Counted from the stretch's first letter, positions 51,734 to 61,792 are shown. The stretch is DNA of 64,000 bases from Thermoleophilaceae bacterium (GCA_036407035.1 DASXAA010000219.1:5459-69458); one strand, 5' to 3'. The notes: a model not told the origin generated them from the letters alone. Translations and numbers: made by a program.

Positions 51734-51734
<1 letters not shown>
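51054..51734 (+). CDS. DtxR/IdeR/MntR family metal-dependent transcriptional regulator
   Basis: TGATG junction, 226 aa. VQDYAKAIWTL...TSAIAERLDVAPASASAMVKRLESLGLV...HHRLLELYL...HAEAEVLEH, plus a C-terminal SH3-like (FeoA) domain. Confidence 0.9.
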
Positions 51735-53047
<1,313 letters not shown>

Positions 53048-53058
53048 CCTCCGCGGCC

Positions 53059-53421
53059 GTGCCGCTCGCCGACGAATTCCAGGCGGTCGTCGACTCACTG
53101 CCGCCGGACTGGACCGCGCTCGAGCTCGACCTGCGCCTCGCCGACGAGGACCGCTACGTGGAGGCCGCGACGTTGCTCGTCACGATCAACGCGATGCCCT
53201 ACTCGCAGGACGAGTGGCACTGGCGGATCAGGGTCGCGCACGGGTTCGGCCACGCCGCCGCGCCCGAGACCGTGCGCGGCACGCTCGCGCTGATGGACGA
53301 GCAGGGGATCGAGGGCGAGCTCGTGGTGCGCGAGGCGCGCTCGGGCCGGGTAGAGGTGACCCAGATGTGGGGACGGCCGGAGTCGGTGCGCCAGGAGTTC
53401 CGGCGGCGGCGTGCCCAATGA
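53059..53421 (+). CDS. hypothetical protein
   Basis: GTG 53059, 120 aa. VPLADEFQAVVDSLPPDWTALELDLRLADEDRYVEAATLLVTINAMPYSQDEWHWRIRVAHGFGHAA.... Composition is not shadow-like. No family recognised. Confidence 0.5.
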   Translation: MPLADEFQAVVDSLPPDWTALELDLRLADEDRYVEAATLLVTINAMPYSQDEWHWRIRVAHGFGHAAAPETVRGTLALMDEQGIEGELVVREARSGRVEVTQMWGRPESVRQEFRRRRAQ

Positions 53422-53442
53422 CAACCACCGGGAGGTAACGCC

Positions 53443-53874
53443 ATGCCGAAGAGGACCGCCGACGCGCGCTGGGAGGGCTCGGTGCAGGAGGGGCAGGGGA
53501 CGATCAGGCTGGGCAGCGGCTCCTACGAGGGCCCCTACTCGTTCCAGTCCCGCTTCGCGGAGGGCGACGGCACGAACCCCGAGGAGCTGATCGCCGCCGC
53601 CCACGCGGGCTGCTTCTCGATGGCGCTCTCGCTCGTCCTGGGCGGCGCGGGCCACCCGCCGGACAGCCTCGAGACGACCGCCACCGTTCACATCGAGCGC
53701 GAGGGCGAGGGCTTCGCGATCCCGCGCATCGAGCTGCGCACGCGGGGGCGCGTGCCCGGCATCGACGCGGAGGAGTTCCAGCGCCACGCGCAGGCCGCCA
53801 AGGAGGGCTGCCCGGTGTCGAAGGCGCTCGCCTCGGTCGACTCGATCGAGCTGGACGCCGAGCTCGTCGAGTAG
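53443..53874 (+). CDS. OsmC family peroxiredoxin
   Basis: 143 aa. Two conserved Cys contexts are AAHAGCFSMAL and AKEGCPVSKAL. N-terminus ADARWEGSVQEGQGTI. Confidence 0.9.
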   Translation: MPKRTADARWEGSVQEGQGTIRLGSGSYEGPYSFQSRFAEGDGTNPEELIAAAHAGCFSMALSLVLGGAGHPPDSLETTATVHIEREGEGFAIPRIELRTRGRVPGIDAEEFQRHAQAAKEGCPVSKALASVDSIELDAELVE

Positions 53875-53876
53875 GG

Positions 53877-54185
53877 ATGGCCGCCGTGGCGGTGCTGTGC
53901 CCGGACCTGCTGTTCGGGTCGAAGCTCGAGAGCGCGCTGCGCGACGCCGGGCACGAGGTGCTGCCCGCAGACGCCGACGCCGATCTGCTGATCGTGGACC
54001 TGACGACCGACGCCGACGCCCGCATCCAGCAGACCGCGGACGCCGCGCCGCCGCGGCTCGGCTTCTACTCGCACGTCGAGCAGGACGTGCGCCGGCGCGC
54101 CGAGGCGGCCGGCTTCAGGCGCGTGGTGCCGCGCTCGCGCATGGCGCGCGAGGCGGCACTGCTCGTCGACTCGACGCTCGGCTGA
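53877..54185 (+). CDS. small hypothetical protein (receiver-like alpha/beta pattern)
   Basis: 102 aa: MAAVAVLCPDLLFGSKLESALRDAGHEVL...DLLIVDLT.... It starts 3 nt after the OsmC stop. Confidence 0.5.
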   Translation: MAAVAVLCPDLLFGSKLESALRDAGHEVLPADADADLLIVDLTTDADARIQQTADAAPPRLGFYSHVEQDVRRRAEAAGFRRVVPRSRMAREAALLVDSTLG

Positions 54186-54187
54186 CC

Positions 54188-55609
54188 CTACTGCGACGCC
54201 GGTCTCGGGAAGCTCACCGGGCTCCTGTTGCCGTCCTTGTCCACCGCGCGGACGCCGAAGAAGAAGTTGTCCTTCGACATGCCCTCGAGCGTGTGGCTCG
54301 TCACGTTGCCCACGCGCAGCGAGTGCGTCCAGTCGGGATCGGTGGTGTCGCGCCAGACGATCTCGTAGCCGGCGAGGTCGGGCTCGGTGTTCGCGTTCCA
54401 GCGGATCTCCGTGTCGTTCGTCAGCTGCGCCGCGATTATCCGCGTGTTCGCCGGGCCGGCCGGGGCGCTGGCGAGCGCCGCGAGCGCCGCGCCGTTCACA
54501 CGCGCGACCCGCGCGATGTAGCGGAAGTCGACGAACTGCGGCAGGTCGCCGATCAGCTTGCCGTCCTCCACGCGGACGTCTTGATGCTGGTGGTCGAAGT
54601 TCTCGTTCGGCTCGGTGAAGCGCACCGCGCTGCGGTAGCCGCGCTCGAGGAACGGGATGTTGTCGCCGCCGCGCAGGTAGCGGTCGCGCCGGTAGATGAG
54701 CCACACGCGCATGTCCGTCGCGCGGTTCTGGGCGACGCTCCTCACGTACCGCGCCAGCTGCCGCGCGGGCGAGTCGTTCTCGCCGCCGACCGCGCGCCGG
54801 ATGTTGGCCTCCGCCGGCGTCTCGTCGGTGGGCACGCCCTCCGAGAACAGGCGCACCGTGTGCGGGTCGTGCAGGCCGTTGCCGCCGACCGAGCTGCCGA
54901 CGATGTCGTTCGTGAACATGCCCGCGACGTTCATGCCCTGCTGCTTCGCCACCTCGGCGAAGTGCGTCGATCCATAGAGGCCCTGCTCCTCGCCCGCGAC
55001 CGCCATGAAGACGATCGTGGCGTCCCACTCGTGCCTCGCCATCACGCGCGCGAGCTCGAGCACCGTGGCCACGCCGGAGGCGTCGTCGTCGGCGCCGGGG
55101 GCGTCGCACGTGGGGTTCACGGGGTCGCCGCACATCGAGTCGTAGTGACCGCTGATCACGTACACGCGGTCGGCCGATTCGGGCTGGGTGCCCCTAAGGG
55201 TCGCGACGACGTTGGTGATCGTGGTCGGCACCGGGATGCGCGAGGCGGGCTGCTGGACGTAGCTCTGGAGCTCCACCGACATGCGGCCGTCAGAGGCCGC
55301 CGCGGACTGTTCGAACCGGCTCCTGATCCAGTCGCGCGCGGCGCCGATGCCGCGGTCCGGGTCGGTCTGCGACGAGAGCGTGTTGCGCGTGCCGAAGGAG
55401 ACGAGCTTGCGGATCGTGTGCTCGATCCGGTCCGAGTCGACCTGCCTCAGCATCCGGCGCACCTCGGGCGGCGGCTCGGACCCCTGCCCGTGCAAGGCGC
55501 GTACGGCGCGCTCGCTGGCGTCGCCGGCCTGACCCATGACGGCGATGCAGGCGAGCACGCTCAGCAGCGCGCTGGCAAGCGCGAGCGTCCATGGACGGAG
55601 CTTTCTCAT
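54188..55609 (-). CDS. M28 family metallopeptidase with C-terminal fibronectin type III-like domain, secreted
   Basis: Signal/anchor MRKLRPWTLALASALLSVLACIAV. The M28 core is VISGHYDS...GADDDASGVATVLELAR...AGEEQGLYGS. The C-terminus TEIRWNANTEPDLAGYEIVWRDT...FFFGVRAVDKDGNRS is FN3-like. Confidence 0.85.
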   Translation of the reverse strand: MRKLRPWTLALASALLSVLACIAVMGQAGDASERAVRALHGQGSEPPPEVRRMLRQVDSDRIEHTIRKLVSFGTRNTLSSQTDPDRGIGAARDWIRSRFEQSAAASDGRMSVELQSYVQQPASRIPVPTTITNVVATLRGTQPESADRVYVISGHYDSMCGDPVNPTCDAPGADDDASGVATVLELARVMARHEWDATIVFMAVAGEEQGLYGSTHFAEVAKQQGMNVAGMFTNDIVGSSVGGNGLHDPHTVRLFSEGVPTDETPAEANIRRAVGGENDSPARQLARYVRSVAQNRATDMRVWLIYRRDRYLRGGDNIPFLERGYRSAVRFTEPNENFDHQHQDVRVEDGKLIGDLPQFVDFRYIARVARVNGAALAALASAPAGPANTRIIAAQLTNDTEIRWNANTEPDLAGYEIVWRDTTDPDWTHSLRVGNVTSHTLEGMSKDNFFFGVRAVDKDGNRSPVSFPRPASQ

Positions 55610-55656
55610 TGGTGACCTCCCCCTCAGTGAAGTGGCACCGAGAGCGCTACCCGGGG

Positions 55657-56604
55657 TCAGCGCAGGTCGAACGCCCCGTCCACGTCCGGCGGCCGGCCGA
55701 GGATCCCGAAGCGGACGTCGAACCGCGCCCAGCCCTCGAGCGCCTCCCTGTCTAGACGCAGCGGCGGCCGCAGCGCCGGGGCGACCGCGGCCAGCTGCGC
55801 GCGCACGAGCCCCTCGTCCGCCCCGGAGCTGCGCACGATGTCGCCGACCGCGGCGTCGCGGTCGGCAAGCGCGGCCCTGGTGCCGTCGGCGAGCGCGGCG
55901 AGCACGCGGTCCACGAGCGCGCGGCGCTCCCTCAGCGTCCGGCGCGTAACGACCAGTACCAGCTCGGGATACCGCGGCGCGCCGTAGTCGTCCACGCGGA
56001 ACTCGCGCGTGCGGACGCCGCGGCGCCGCAGCGTCACGCCCTCCGCGTTCCAGAAGGCGACCACCGCGTCCACGCGCCCGGCGATCAGGCTGGGCACGGC
56101 CGAGAAGCCGATCGTGGTGCGCCTCACGCGAGCCGGGTCGCCACCGTCGTGCTGCACGACCGCGCGCAGCACGGCGTCGTCGGAGGGCAGCCCGGTCACG
56201 CCGACCCGACGACCCTCGAGGTCGACCGGGCGCCGCACGCCGCCGCGCGCGATCACGGCCGCGAGCGGCCGCTGCACCAGAGCGCCCACGCCCACGATGT
56301 CGCTGCCGCGCTCGCGCGCCAGGCCGAGGTCGTGGATGTCGACCACCGACATGTCGGCGCGGCCGGCCGCGAGCAGCTTGAGCGAGTCCGTGGACGCCGC
56401 CGGGACGCGGATCGTCAGGTCCACCCCGTGGCGGCGGTCGAGGCCGTCGCGGACGGCCGCGTACGCGCCCACGTGCACCGCGTTCGGCTGGAAGTCCAGC
56501 GCGAGGTCCACCGGCGTGGCGCCGCTCCCGCCGCTTCCATCACCGCATCCGGCCCCCCACAGGGCGACCAGGACCAGGACGGTCACACGCAGGAGGCTCC
56601 GCAC
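55657..56604 (-). CDS. ABC-type substrate-binding lipoprotein (NMT1/THI5, nitrate/sulfonate/bicarbonate-like), orphan
   Basis: Lipobox LWGAGCG. ...LALDFQPNAVHVGAYAAVRDG...SLKLLAAGRADMSVVD.... No permease or ATPase gene is adjacent. Confidence 0.8.
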   Translation of the reverse strand: MRSLLRVTVLVLVALWGAGCGDGSGGSGATPVDLALDFQPNAVHVGAYAAVRDGLDRRHGVDLTIRVPAASTDSLKLLAAGRADMSVVDIHDLGLARERGSDIVGVGALVQRPLAAVIARGGVRRPVDLEGRRVGVTGLPSDDAVLRAVVQHDGGDPARVRRTTIGFSAVPSLIAGRVDAVVAFWNAEGVTLRRRGVRTREFRVDDYGAPRYPELVLVVTRRTLRERRALVDRVLAALADGTRAALADRDAAVGDIVRSSGADEGLVRAQLAAVAPALRPPLRLDREALEGWARFDVRFGILGRPPDVDGAFDLR

Positions 56605-56652
56605 GGACCGCGAAGCCTATGGCTGATCGTCAGGAACCGAGGAGGTCGCACC

Positions 56653-57405
56653 GTGGACGAACGCGGACCCGCCGCATACCTGGCCGAGTTCATCGGCACG
56701 CTGTTGCTCGTCTTCTTCATCACCGCGGTGGTGTCGCTGTTCGTGACGCCGCCGGGCCCCGCCAACCCCAACCCCTTCATCGACTGGTCCGTGATCGGGC
56801 TTGTGCACGCCTTCGTGCTGTTCGCGCTGATCCAGGCCCTCGCGGTGGCTTCGGGGGCGCACTTCAACCCGGCCGTGACGATCGGGCTGGCGGCCCTGCG
56901 CCAGATCAGCCCGCCGGACGCGGTGATCTACATCGTGGCCCAGCTGGCCGGCGCGGTGGCGGGCGCGCTGCTGACGAAGCTGCTCCTGAACGACTTCCCG
57001 AACGCCGACAACGTGAACTTCGGCGCGGTGGCCATCAGCGACCGCCTCGACGGCAAGCTCACGCTCGGGATGCTCGGCGAGTTCATCGGCACGTTCATGC
57101 TGGTCTTCACGATCATCGGCGCCGCCGTCGACCCGCGGACGGACCGCGCGGTGAGCCCGTGGGCCATCGGCGCCGCGCTCGGGATCGGGGTGATGATCAT
57201 GGGCTCCCTCACGGGCGGCTCGTTGAACCCGGCGCGCGCGTTCGGCCCGGCGATCGTCTCGGGCGAGTGGGACGGCTTCTGGCATTTCGTGCTCGCGTAC
57301 TGCGTCGCACCGGCGCTCGGCGCCATCGTCGCGGCGTTCCTCTACCTTGCGGTCCTCAGGCAGCGAGGCGGTAAGGGGGTCGAAGGATTGGAGCCGGTCG
57401 GCTGA
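56653..57405 (+). CDS. MIP family channel (aquaporin/glycerol facilitator)
   Basis: GAGGAGG-N7-GTG, 250 aa. Two NPA boxes are present (SGAHFNPAVT and GGSLNPARA) with six TM segments. Confidence 0.9.
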   Translation: MDERGPAAYLAEFIGTLLLVFFITAVVSLFVTPPGPANPNPFIDWSVIGLVHAFVLFALIQALAVASGAHFNPAVTIGLAALRQISPPDAVIYIVAQLAGAVAGALLTKLLLNDFPNADNVNFGAVAISDRLDGKLTLGMLGEFIGTFMLVFTIIGAAVDPRTDRAVSPWAIGAALGIGVMIMGSLTGGSLNPARAFGPAIVSGEWDGFWHFVLAYCVAPALGAIVAAFLYLAVLRQRGGKGVEGLEPVG

Positions 57406-58499
57406 TCGCACGCGGGGCGCTCGTCCTCCTGGCGGCGGCGGTCGCCCTCCTCGCCGTGCCGGCCGGCGCGAGCGCGATCGCGCTGTCGGTGACGGTCCCG
57501 GACGGCGCCTTCCTCGAGGAGGACCTGGCTTTCACGATCGAGGCGAGCGGTGTGGCGGACGGCACCGCCCGCCTCGTCGTCAAGGCGCGGCCGGCCGCGG
57601 GCGGTCCGTGCGCCGGCGAGCCGGCGACCGACTCCGGACGAGTCGTGCTCGACCAGGCCGTGGCCGACGGCCCGTCGGGCGGCTTCGGCCCGCTCACGGC
57701 CTCGGTCGTGGCGCCCGACCCCGGCGGCTTCCTGTTCTGCGCGTGGCTCGTCGGGCCGGGCGGGTCCGTCACCGGGTCGCAGTCGACCGAGGTGACGATC
57801 CAGCCCGGCGCACAGATCCTCGACCTCGAGCTCGCGCCGTGGCGTCCGTTCCGGCACGCGCGGCCGCGGGCGCTGCGGGTGGAGCGCGGGGTGCCGGTGG
57901 CCGTCACGGTCGCCGTGAACAACGACCTGCCGGGCCGGTTCGCGTACGTGAAGCTGGCGCGGCGGGCGTGCGCGCGGTACTACGCCGCCCAGCGGGGCCG
58001 CGTGCTGCTGAGGGGCGCGCGGCTGCGCTTCGGGCCGCGGGGGCGCCCGCGCCTGACGGAGATCGCGCTCCGGCGGCGGCACTTCGACCGCGGCGGCCGG
58101 CGCTGGCGAGTCTGCGCCTGGGTCCAGGAGGGCCGCGCCGACAGGGCGCCCGAGGACACGGCCTTCCAGAGGATCACTGTCGCCCGCGCCAGGACCGGCA
58201 CGGTCGCGCGGATCGTGCGCGCGGGCGGGCGCACGTTCCTGCTCGCCGCGTCGCGGCGGGGCGTTCCGCTCGACCGCGGCGCTGTCACGTTCCTGCGCGG
58301 CGCCCGCGGCATCAGCGCCCGGCCGCTGCGGCGCCTGCGGGCGCGGCCCTACTGCGCGCGCGGGCGCCAGCTGGGCCTCTTCGCCGGCGTGCCCGCGGGC
58401 GCCACCGGCGTCCACTACTCCGGCGCGCGCTCGCTGCTGCCGAGCGCCGGCGGCGTGACGAGGGTGCGTGGCCTTCGCAAGGGACGCTGCCCGGTATAG
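57402..58499 (+). CDS. secreted hypothetical protein, Arg-rich C-terminal half (CTG start inferred)
   Basis: CTG 57402 overlaps the MIP TGA. It opens (M)IARGALVLLAAAVALLAVPAGASA/IALSVTVPDG..., a canonical signal peptide with all-G/C third positions. The track ORF begins only at GTG 57456, inside that peptide. Confidence 0.5.
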   Translation: MIARGALVLLAAAVALLAVPAGASAIALSVTVPDGAFLEEDLAFTIEASGVADGTARLVVKARPAAGGPCAGEPATDSGRVVLDQAVADGPSGGFGPLTASVVAPDPGGFLFCAWLVGPGGSVTGSQSTEVTIQPGAQILDLELAPWRPFRHARPRALRVERGVPVAVTVAVNNDLPGRFAYVKLARRACARYYAAQRGRVLLRGARLRFGPRGRPRLTEIALRRRHFDRGGRRWRVCAWVQEGRADRAPEDTAFQRITVARARTGTVARIVRAGGRTFLLAASRRGVPLDRGAVTFLRGARGISARPLRRLRARPYCARGRQLGLFAGVPAGATGVHYSGARSLLPSAGGVTRVRGLRKGRCPV

Positions 58500-58531
58500 A
58501 GTTGCATCACGCGACTCAGGAGGGACTCCCC

Positions 58532-58930
58532 ATGGCCGGTTACTGCGTCAAGCGGATCGACGAGATGGAAGGGATCTACCGCGGCGCCTTCAAGCTCGCC
58601 CGCGCCGAGCTCGGGGTCAGCTCGTTCGGGCTCCAGGTGATCGACTTCCCGCCGAACATCGACGCCCACCCCGAGCACGACCACTCGCACGACGGCCAGG
58701 AGGAGGTCTACCTGGCGCTGCGCGGCGGTGGGGAAATCGAGATCGACGGCGAGCGGCACGCGCTCGACCCGGACACGCTCGTGCGCGTGTCGCCGGGGAC
58801 CAGGCGCAAGGTGTACTCGGGCCCGGAGGGCCTGCGGCTGCTGGCGATCGGCGGCGTGCCCGGCAAGGCGTACGAGGTCGACCAGTCGACGGAGCTCGGC
58901 GCGCCGGACCCGATGGCGGCCGCGAGCTAG
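58532..58930 (+). CDS. cupin domain protein
   Basis: CAGGAGGGA RBS, 132 aa. HPEHDHSHDGQEEVYLALRGGGEIEIDGERHAL...VRVSPGTRRKV matches cupin motifs 1 and 2. Confidence 0.8.
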   Translation: MAGYCVKRIDEMEGIYRGAFKLARAELGVSSFGLQVIDFPPNIDAHPEHDHSHDGQEEVYLALRGGGEIEIDGERHALDPDTLVRVSPGTRRKVYSGPEGLRLLAIGGVPGKAYEVDQSTELGAPDPMAAAS

Positions 58931-58943
58931 CGCCGCCTGACGC

Positions 58944-59243
58944 TCACACGCCGACCCAGCGCACCCGCGCGCCGCGGAGGCTGAGCGTGGAGCGCGGCGC
59001 CGGCTCCGGCCTGCCCTCGGCGACGTCGAGCTCCGCGAGCCGGCGCAGCACCAGCGCGCGTTCGGCGTCCAGCTCCTGCAGGCGGACGAGCAGGTCGTCG
59101 CGGATCCCGGCGAGCTCGTCCGTCGTCGTCAGGCGGGCGCCGGCCGGCGCCCCGCCGGCCGCGAACGGGTCCGCCCCGGATGGGACGCGCCGCGCCAGCT
59201 CGGCCTCGAGCTGCGCGATCTGGCGGCGCAGCTCGCGCCGCAC
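58944..59243 (-). CDS. small coiled-coil hypothetical protein
   Basis: GTG start, 99 aa. VRRELRRQIAQLEAELARR...DELAGIRDDLLVRLQELDAERALVLRRLAELD. By eye about 97% G/C at third positions, which argues for real coding. Its 5' end abuts the breakpoint of the mlaE-like fragment. Confidence 0.45.
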   Translation of the reverse strand: MRRELRRQIAQLEAELARRVPSGADPFAAGGAPAGARLTTTDELAGIRDDLLVRLQELDAERALVLRRLAELDVAEGRPEPAPRSTLSLRGARVRWVGV

Positions 59244-59248
59244 CGCGG

Positions 59249-59707
59249 TCCATCACGGCCGACCTCGGCGCGCGCAAGATCCGCGAGCAGCTGGACGCGC
59301 TCCAGGTGCTCGGCGTCGACCCGATCAAGAACCTCGTGGTGCCGCGCTTCCTGGCCCTGATGGTCGTCACCGGCCTCTTCAACCTCTACGCGATCTGCTT
59401 CGGCGTCCTCGGCGGCGTGCTCGCGACGATCGCGTTCGACGCGCCGCTGGGGCCGTTCTTCGCCACGCTCCTGAACAACGCCTCGACCGTCGACCTGTGG
59501 GGGTCGGTGGTCAAGACGACCCTGTTCGGGGCGATCATCGCGATCGTCTGCTGCTACAAGGGCATGACCGCGTCGGGCGGGGCGGAGGGCGTCGGCCGCG
59601 CGGTCAACCAGAGCGTGGTGATCGCGTTCCTCGCGATCTTCGCGTTCAACTACGTCTTCACGCAGACCCTGCTGGCGACGCACCCGGAGGTCTCGGTGAT
59701 CAAGTGA
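59249..59707 (+). pseudogene. 5'-truncated MlaE/YrbE-type ABC permease fragment (C-terminal ~150 aa only)
   Basis: SITADLGARKIREQLDALQVLGVDPIKNLVVPRFLALMVVTGLFNLY...CCYKGMTASGGAEGVGRAVNQSVV...FNYVFTQ matches the C-terminal 55-60% of YrbE/MlaE permeases. Upstream in-frame codons are R/A/P-rich non-homologous sequence. No mce/mlaD/mlaF neighbours are present. Confidence 0.65.
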
Positions 59708-60308
59708 GCGGCGACCGCACGGCGACGAACCAAGGGCCGTCGTGCACGACATCGCCGGCGCCGCCGAGCTCGGCCACCAGCCCCGGCGCCGTGAAGTAGC
59801 GCTTGTACACGAGGTGGCGGGAGCCGTCGTTCAGCGTCCGCTCCTGCCACTCCTCGGGCTCGACGCCGTCGTGCAGCGCGGAGTCGATCACGAGCAGCTC
59901 CCCCGCCACGCGGCGCGCCTCCGCGACGAATCGCTCGCGCTCGCCCGGATCGAGGTGGCCGTAGAAGTGCCCGGTCATGAGGCGTTCGAACTCGCCGTCC
60001 TCGAACGGCAGCCCGAAGGCGTCGCCCTTGACGAGCCGCGCGTGCGGCAGCCGCGCGGCCGCCTCGGCGAGCATGCGCTCGCTCTGGTCGAGCCCGGTCA
60101 CCTCGCCCCGCACGTGCCGGGTGAGGAAGCCGGTGCCGCACGCCACGTCCAGCACCCGGGCGGGCGGCAGAGCGGCGACGGCCCCGCAGAGCGCGTCGAC
60201 GTCCTCCCGCCAGCCGGGCCGGTCGCGGTCCGCGAACAGGCCGGCGCCGAGGTACCAGTCGTCGTACTCGGGGGCGCGCCTGTCGTAGTACTCAGCGAAA
60301 GAAGTCAT
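59700..60308 (-). CDS. class I SAM-dependent methyltransferase
   Basis: 202 aa with motif I VLDVACGTGFLT. ...LVKGDAFGLPFEDGEFERLMTGHFYGHL.... Confidence 0.85.
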   Translation of the reverse strand: MTSFAEYYDRRAPEYDDWYLGAGLFADRDRPGWREDVDALCGAVAALPPARVLDVACGTGFLTRHVRGEVTGLDQSERMLAEAAARLPHARLVKGDAFGLPFEDGEFERLMTGHFYGHLDPGERERFVAEARRVAGELLVIDSALHDGVEPEEWQERTLNDGSRHLVYKRYFTAPGLVAELGGAGDVVHDGPWFVAVRSPLT

Positions 60309-61041
60309 CCTCGCGCGGCCGCCTGAGCGCCGCGGCGCCGGGGCCGTCCTCTCGCGTCACATGATGCCCGAGGCCGCGAACGAGCACGGCCGGCTGGCGC
60401 GAGTCCTTGCAGCGAGCGAGGTCCGAGGCGGCGGCGACCGAGTCGGCGATCGCGATCGAGGTCACGTGCAGCGTGCGGCCGAACGCGTCCAGGCGGTCGC
60501 GCCAGGCGTCCAGCGGCGTGAGGCCCGCGACGCCGATCGCCACGTCGGTCTGGCCGAGGCGCCACGCGCGGCCGAACGAATCCGTCACCACCACCGCCGG
60601 CCGCACCCCGCGCCGCTCTCCGACGCCGGCCCGCAGGCCGCGCGCGGAGGCGTCGGGATCCCGCGGCAGCAGCACGACCTCACCGGGCACGGACGCGTTC
60701 GACTGGTCCACGCCCGCGTTCGCGCAGACGAAGCCGTGGTGCGTGAGGCAGATCAGCACGCCGCGCTCGGCACGCAGCACGTCGGCCGACTCGTCGAGCA
60801 CCACCTGCACGAGCCGCGGGTCCTTGCCGTGCTCGCCCGCGAGTGCGCGCGCCCGCTCCTCGGGCTCCACCGAGTCGAGCCGGCGCACCCGCCCCTCGGC
60901 CTTCGACACCGCCTTGTGCGCGACGACGAGCACGTCGTCGTCGGCCAGATCGGCGGGCGCGGCGTCTGCCATCAGCGCCGCGAGGTCGTGGCCGGCGGCC
61001 AGCTCGGGCAGGGCCGGGAGGGCTGCGATCGAGAGCGTCAG
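60292..61041 (-). CDS. cofE: coenzyme F420-0:L-glutamate ligase (CofE, stand-alone; CTG start inferred)
   Basis: ...DDDVLVVAHKAVSKAEGR...LICLTHHGFVCANAGVDQSN...VVVTDSFGRAWRLGQTDVAIG.... The conserved N-terminal LTLSIAALPALPELAAGHDLAAL is encoded in frame upstream of the track ATG (60972). It begins at a CTG that overlaps the cofC TGA. Confidence 0.85.
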   Translation of the reverse strand: MTLSIAALPALPELAAGHDLAALMADAAPADLADDDVLVVAHKAVSKAEGRVRRLDSVEPEERARALAGEHGKDPRLVQVVLDESADVLRAERGVLICLTHHGFVCANAGVDQSNASVPGEVVLLPRDPDASARGLRAGVGERRGVRPAVVVTDSFGRAWRLGQTDVAIGVAGLTPLDAWRDRLDAFGRTLHVTSIAIADSVAAASDLARCKDSRQPAVLVRGLGHHVTREDGPGAAALRRPREDDFFR

Positions 61042-61733
61042 GCCCGTCCGCCGGCGGTCGCCATGCTCCGCGCGCGGGAGCGGTCCAGCTGGCGCAGCGC
61101 GCCGCGGGTCAGCGGCGCCTTGCCGCGGCGCTCGGCGAGCTCGGCGGACAGCTCGGAGAGGTCGTCGTACGTGTCCACGTCGAACATCAGCGACGGCACC
61201 AGGTCGACCGCGTTGGCGAGCCCGGCGGCCCGGGCGGCGGCGACGTGCCGCTCGAAGCTGCCGGCGCCGAAGCTCGGCTCGATGGCGTCCGGCGGCGACA
61301 GGACGAGCGCGTTGGTCCCGGTGCCGTGCCGGTCCGGCACGATCACCACGCCGAGGCCGCGCTCGGCCGCGCGCTCGAGCAACTCGGTGATCTCGGCCGG
61401 GGCGAGCAGCGGGGTGTCGCCCGGCACGAGCAGCACGCGCTCGAAGCCGGACGCCTGCGCGTAGCGGATGCCGATCAGCGCCGCCGCCGACTGGCCGGCC
61501 TCGTCGGGGTCGCGCAGCACCTGCACGCCGCCACCCAGCGCCGCCGCCTCCGCGACGCGGTCGGCCGTGACCACCGCGATCGCGTCGAGCCCCTCGACGT
61601 GGCGTAGCGACGCCAGCACGTCCGAGAACATCGCCTGAGCGAGCGCCTGGCGTGAGCCCATGCCCAGCCGTCCGGCGAGGCGCTGCTTCGCGGCGCCGAA
61701 GCTCTTCACTGGAAGGATGGCGATCGTCCGCAT
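61038..61733 (-). CDS. cofC: 2-phospho-L-lactate / PEP guanylyltransferase (CofC/FbiD)
   Basis: ATG 61733, 231 aa. MRTIAILPVKSFGAAKQRL...VLLVPGDTPLL...VIVPDRHGTGTNAL. Confidence 0.85.
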   Translation of the reverse strand: MRTIAILPVKSFGAAKQRLAGRLGMGSRQALAQAMFSDVLASLRHVEGLDAIAVVTADRVAEAAALGGGVQVLRDPDEAGQSAAALIGIRYAQASGFERVLLVPGDTPLLAPAEITELLERAAERGLGVVIVPDRHGTGTNALVLSPPDAIEPSFGAGSFERHVAAARAAGLANAVDLVPSLMFDVDTYDDLSELSAELAERRGKAPLTRGALRQLDRSRARSMATAGGRA

Positions 61734-61792
61734 TCGGACCCTGACGGCGGGTGGGGCGACTGTAGCGCGACGGGTGGCCCGCGGGCTCCTCG

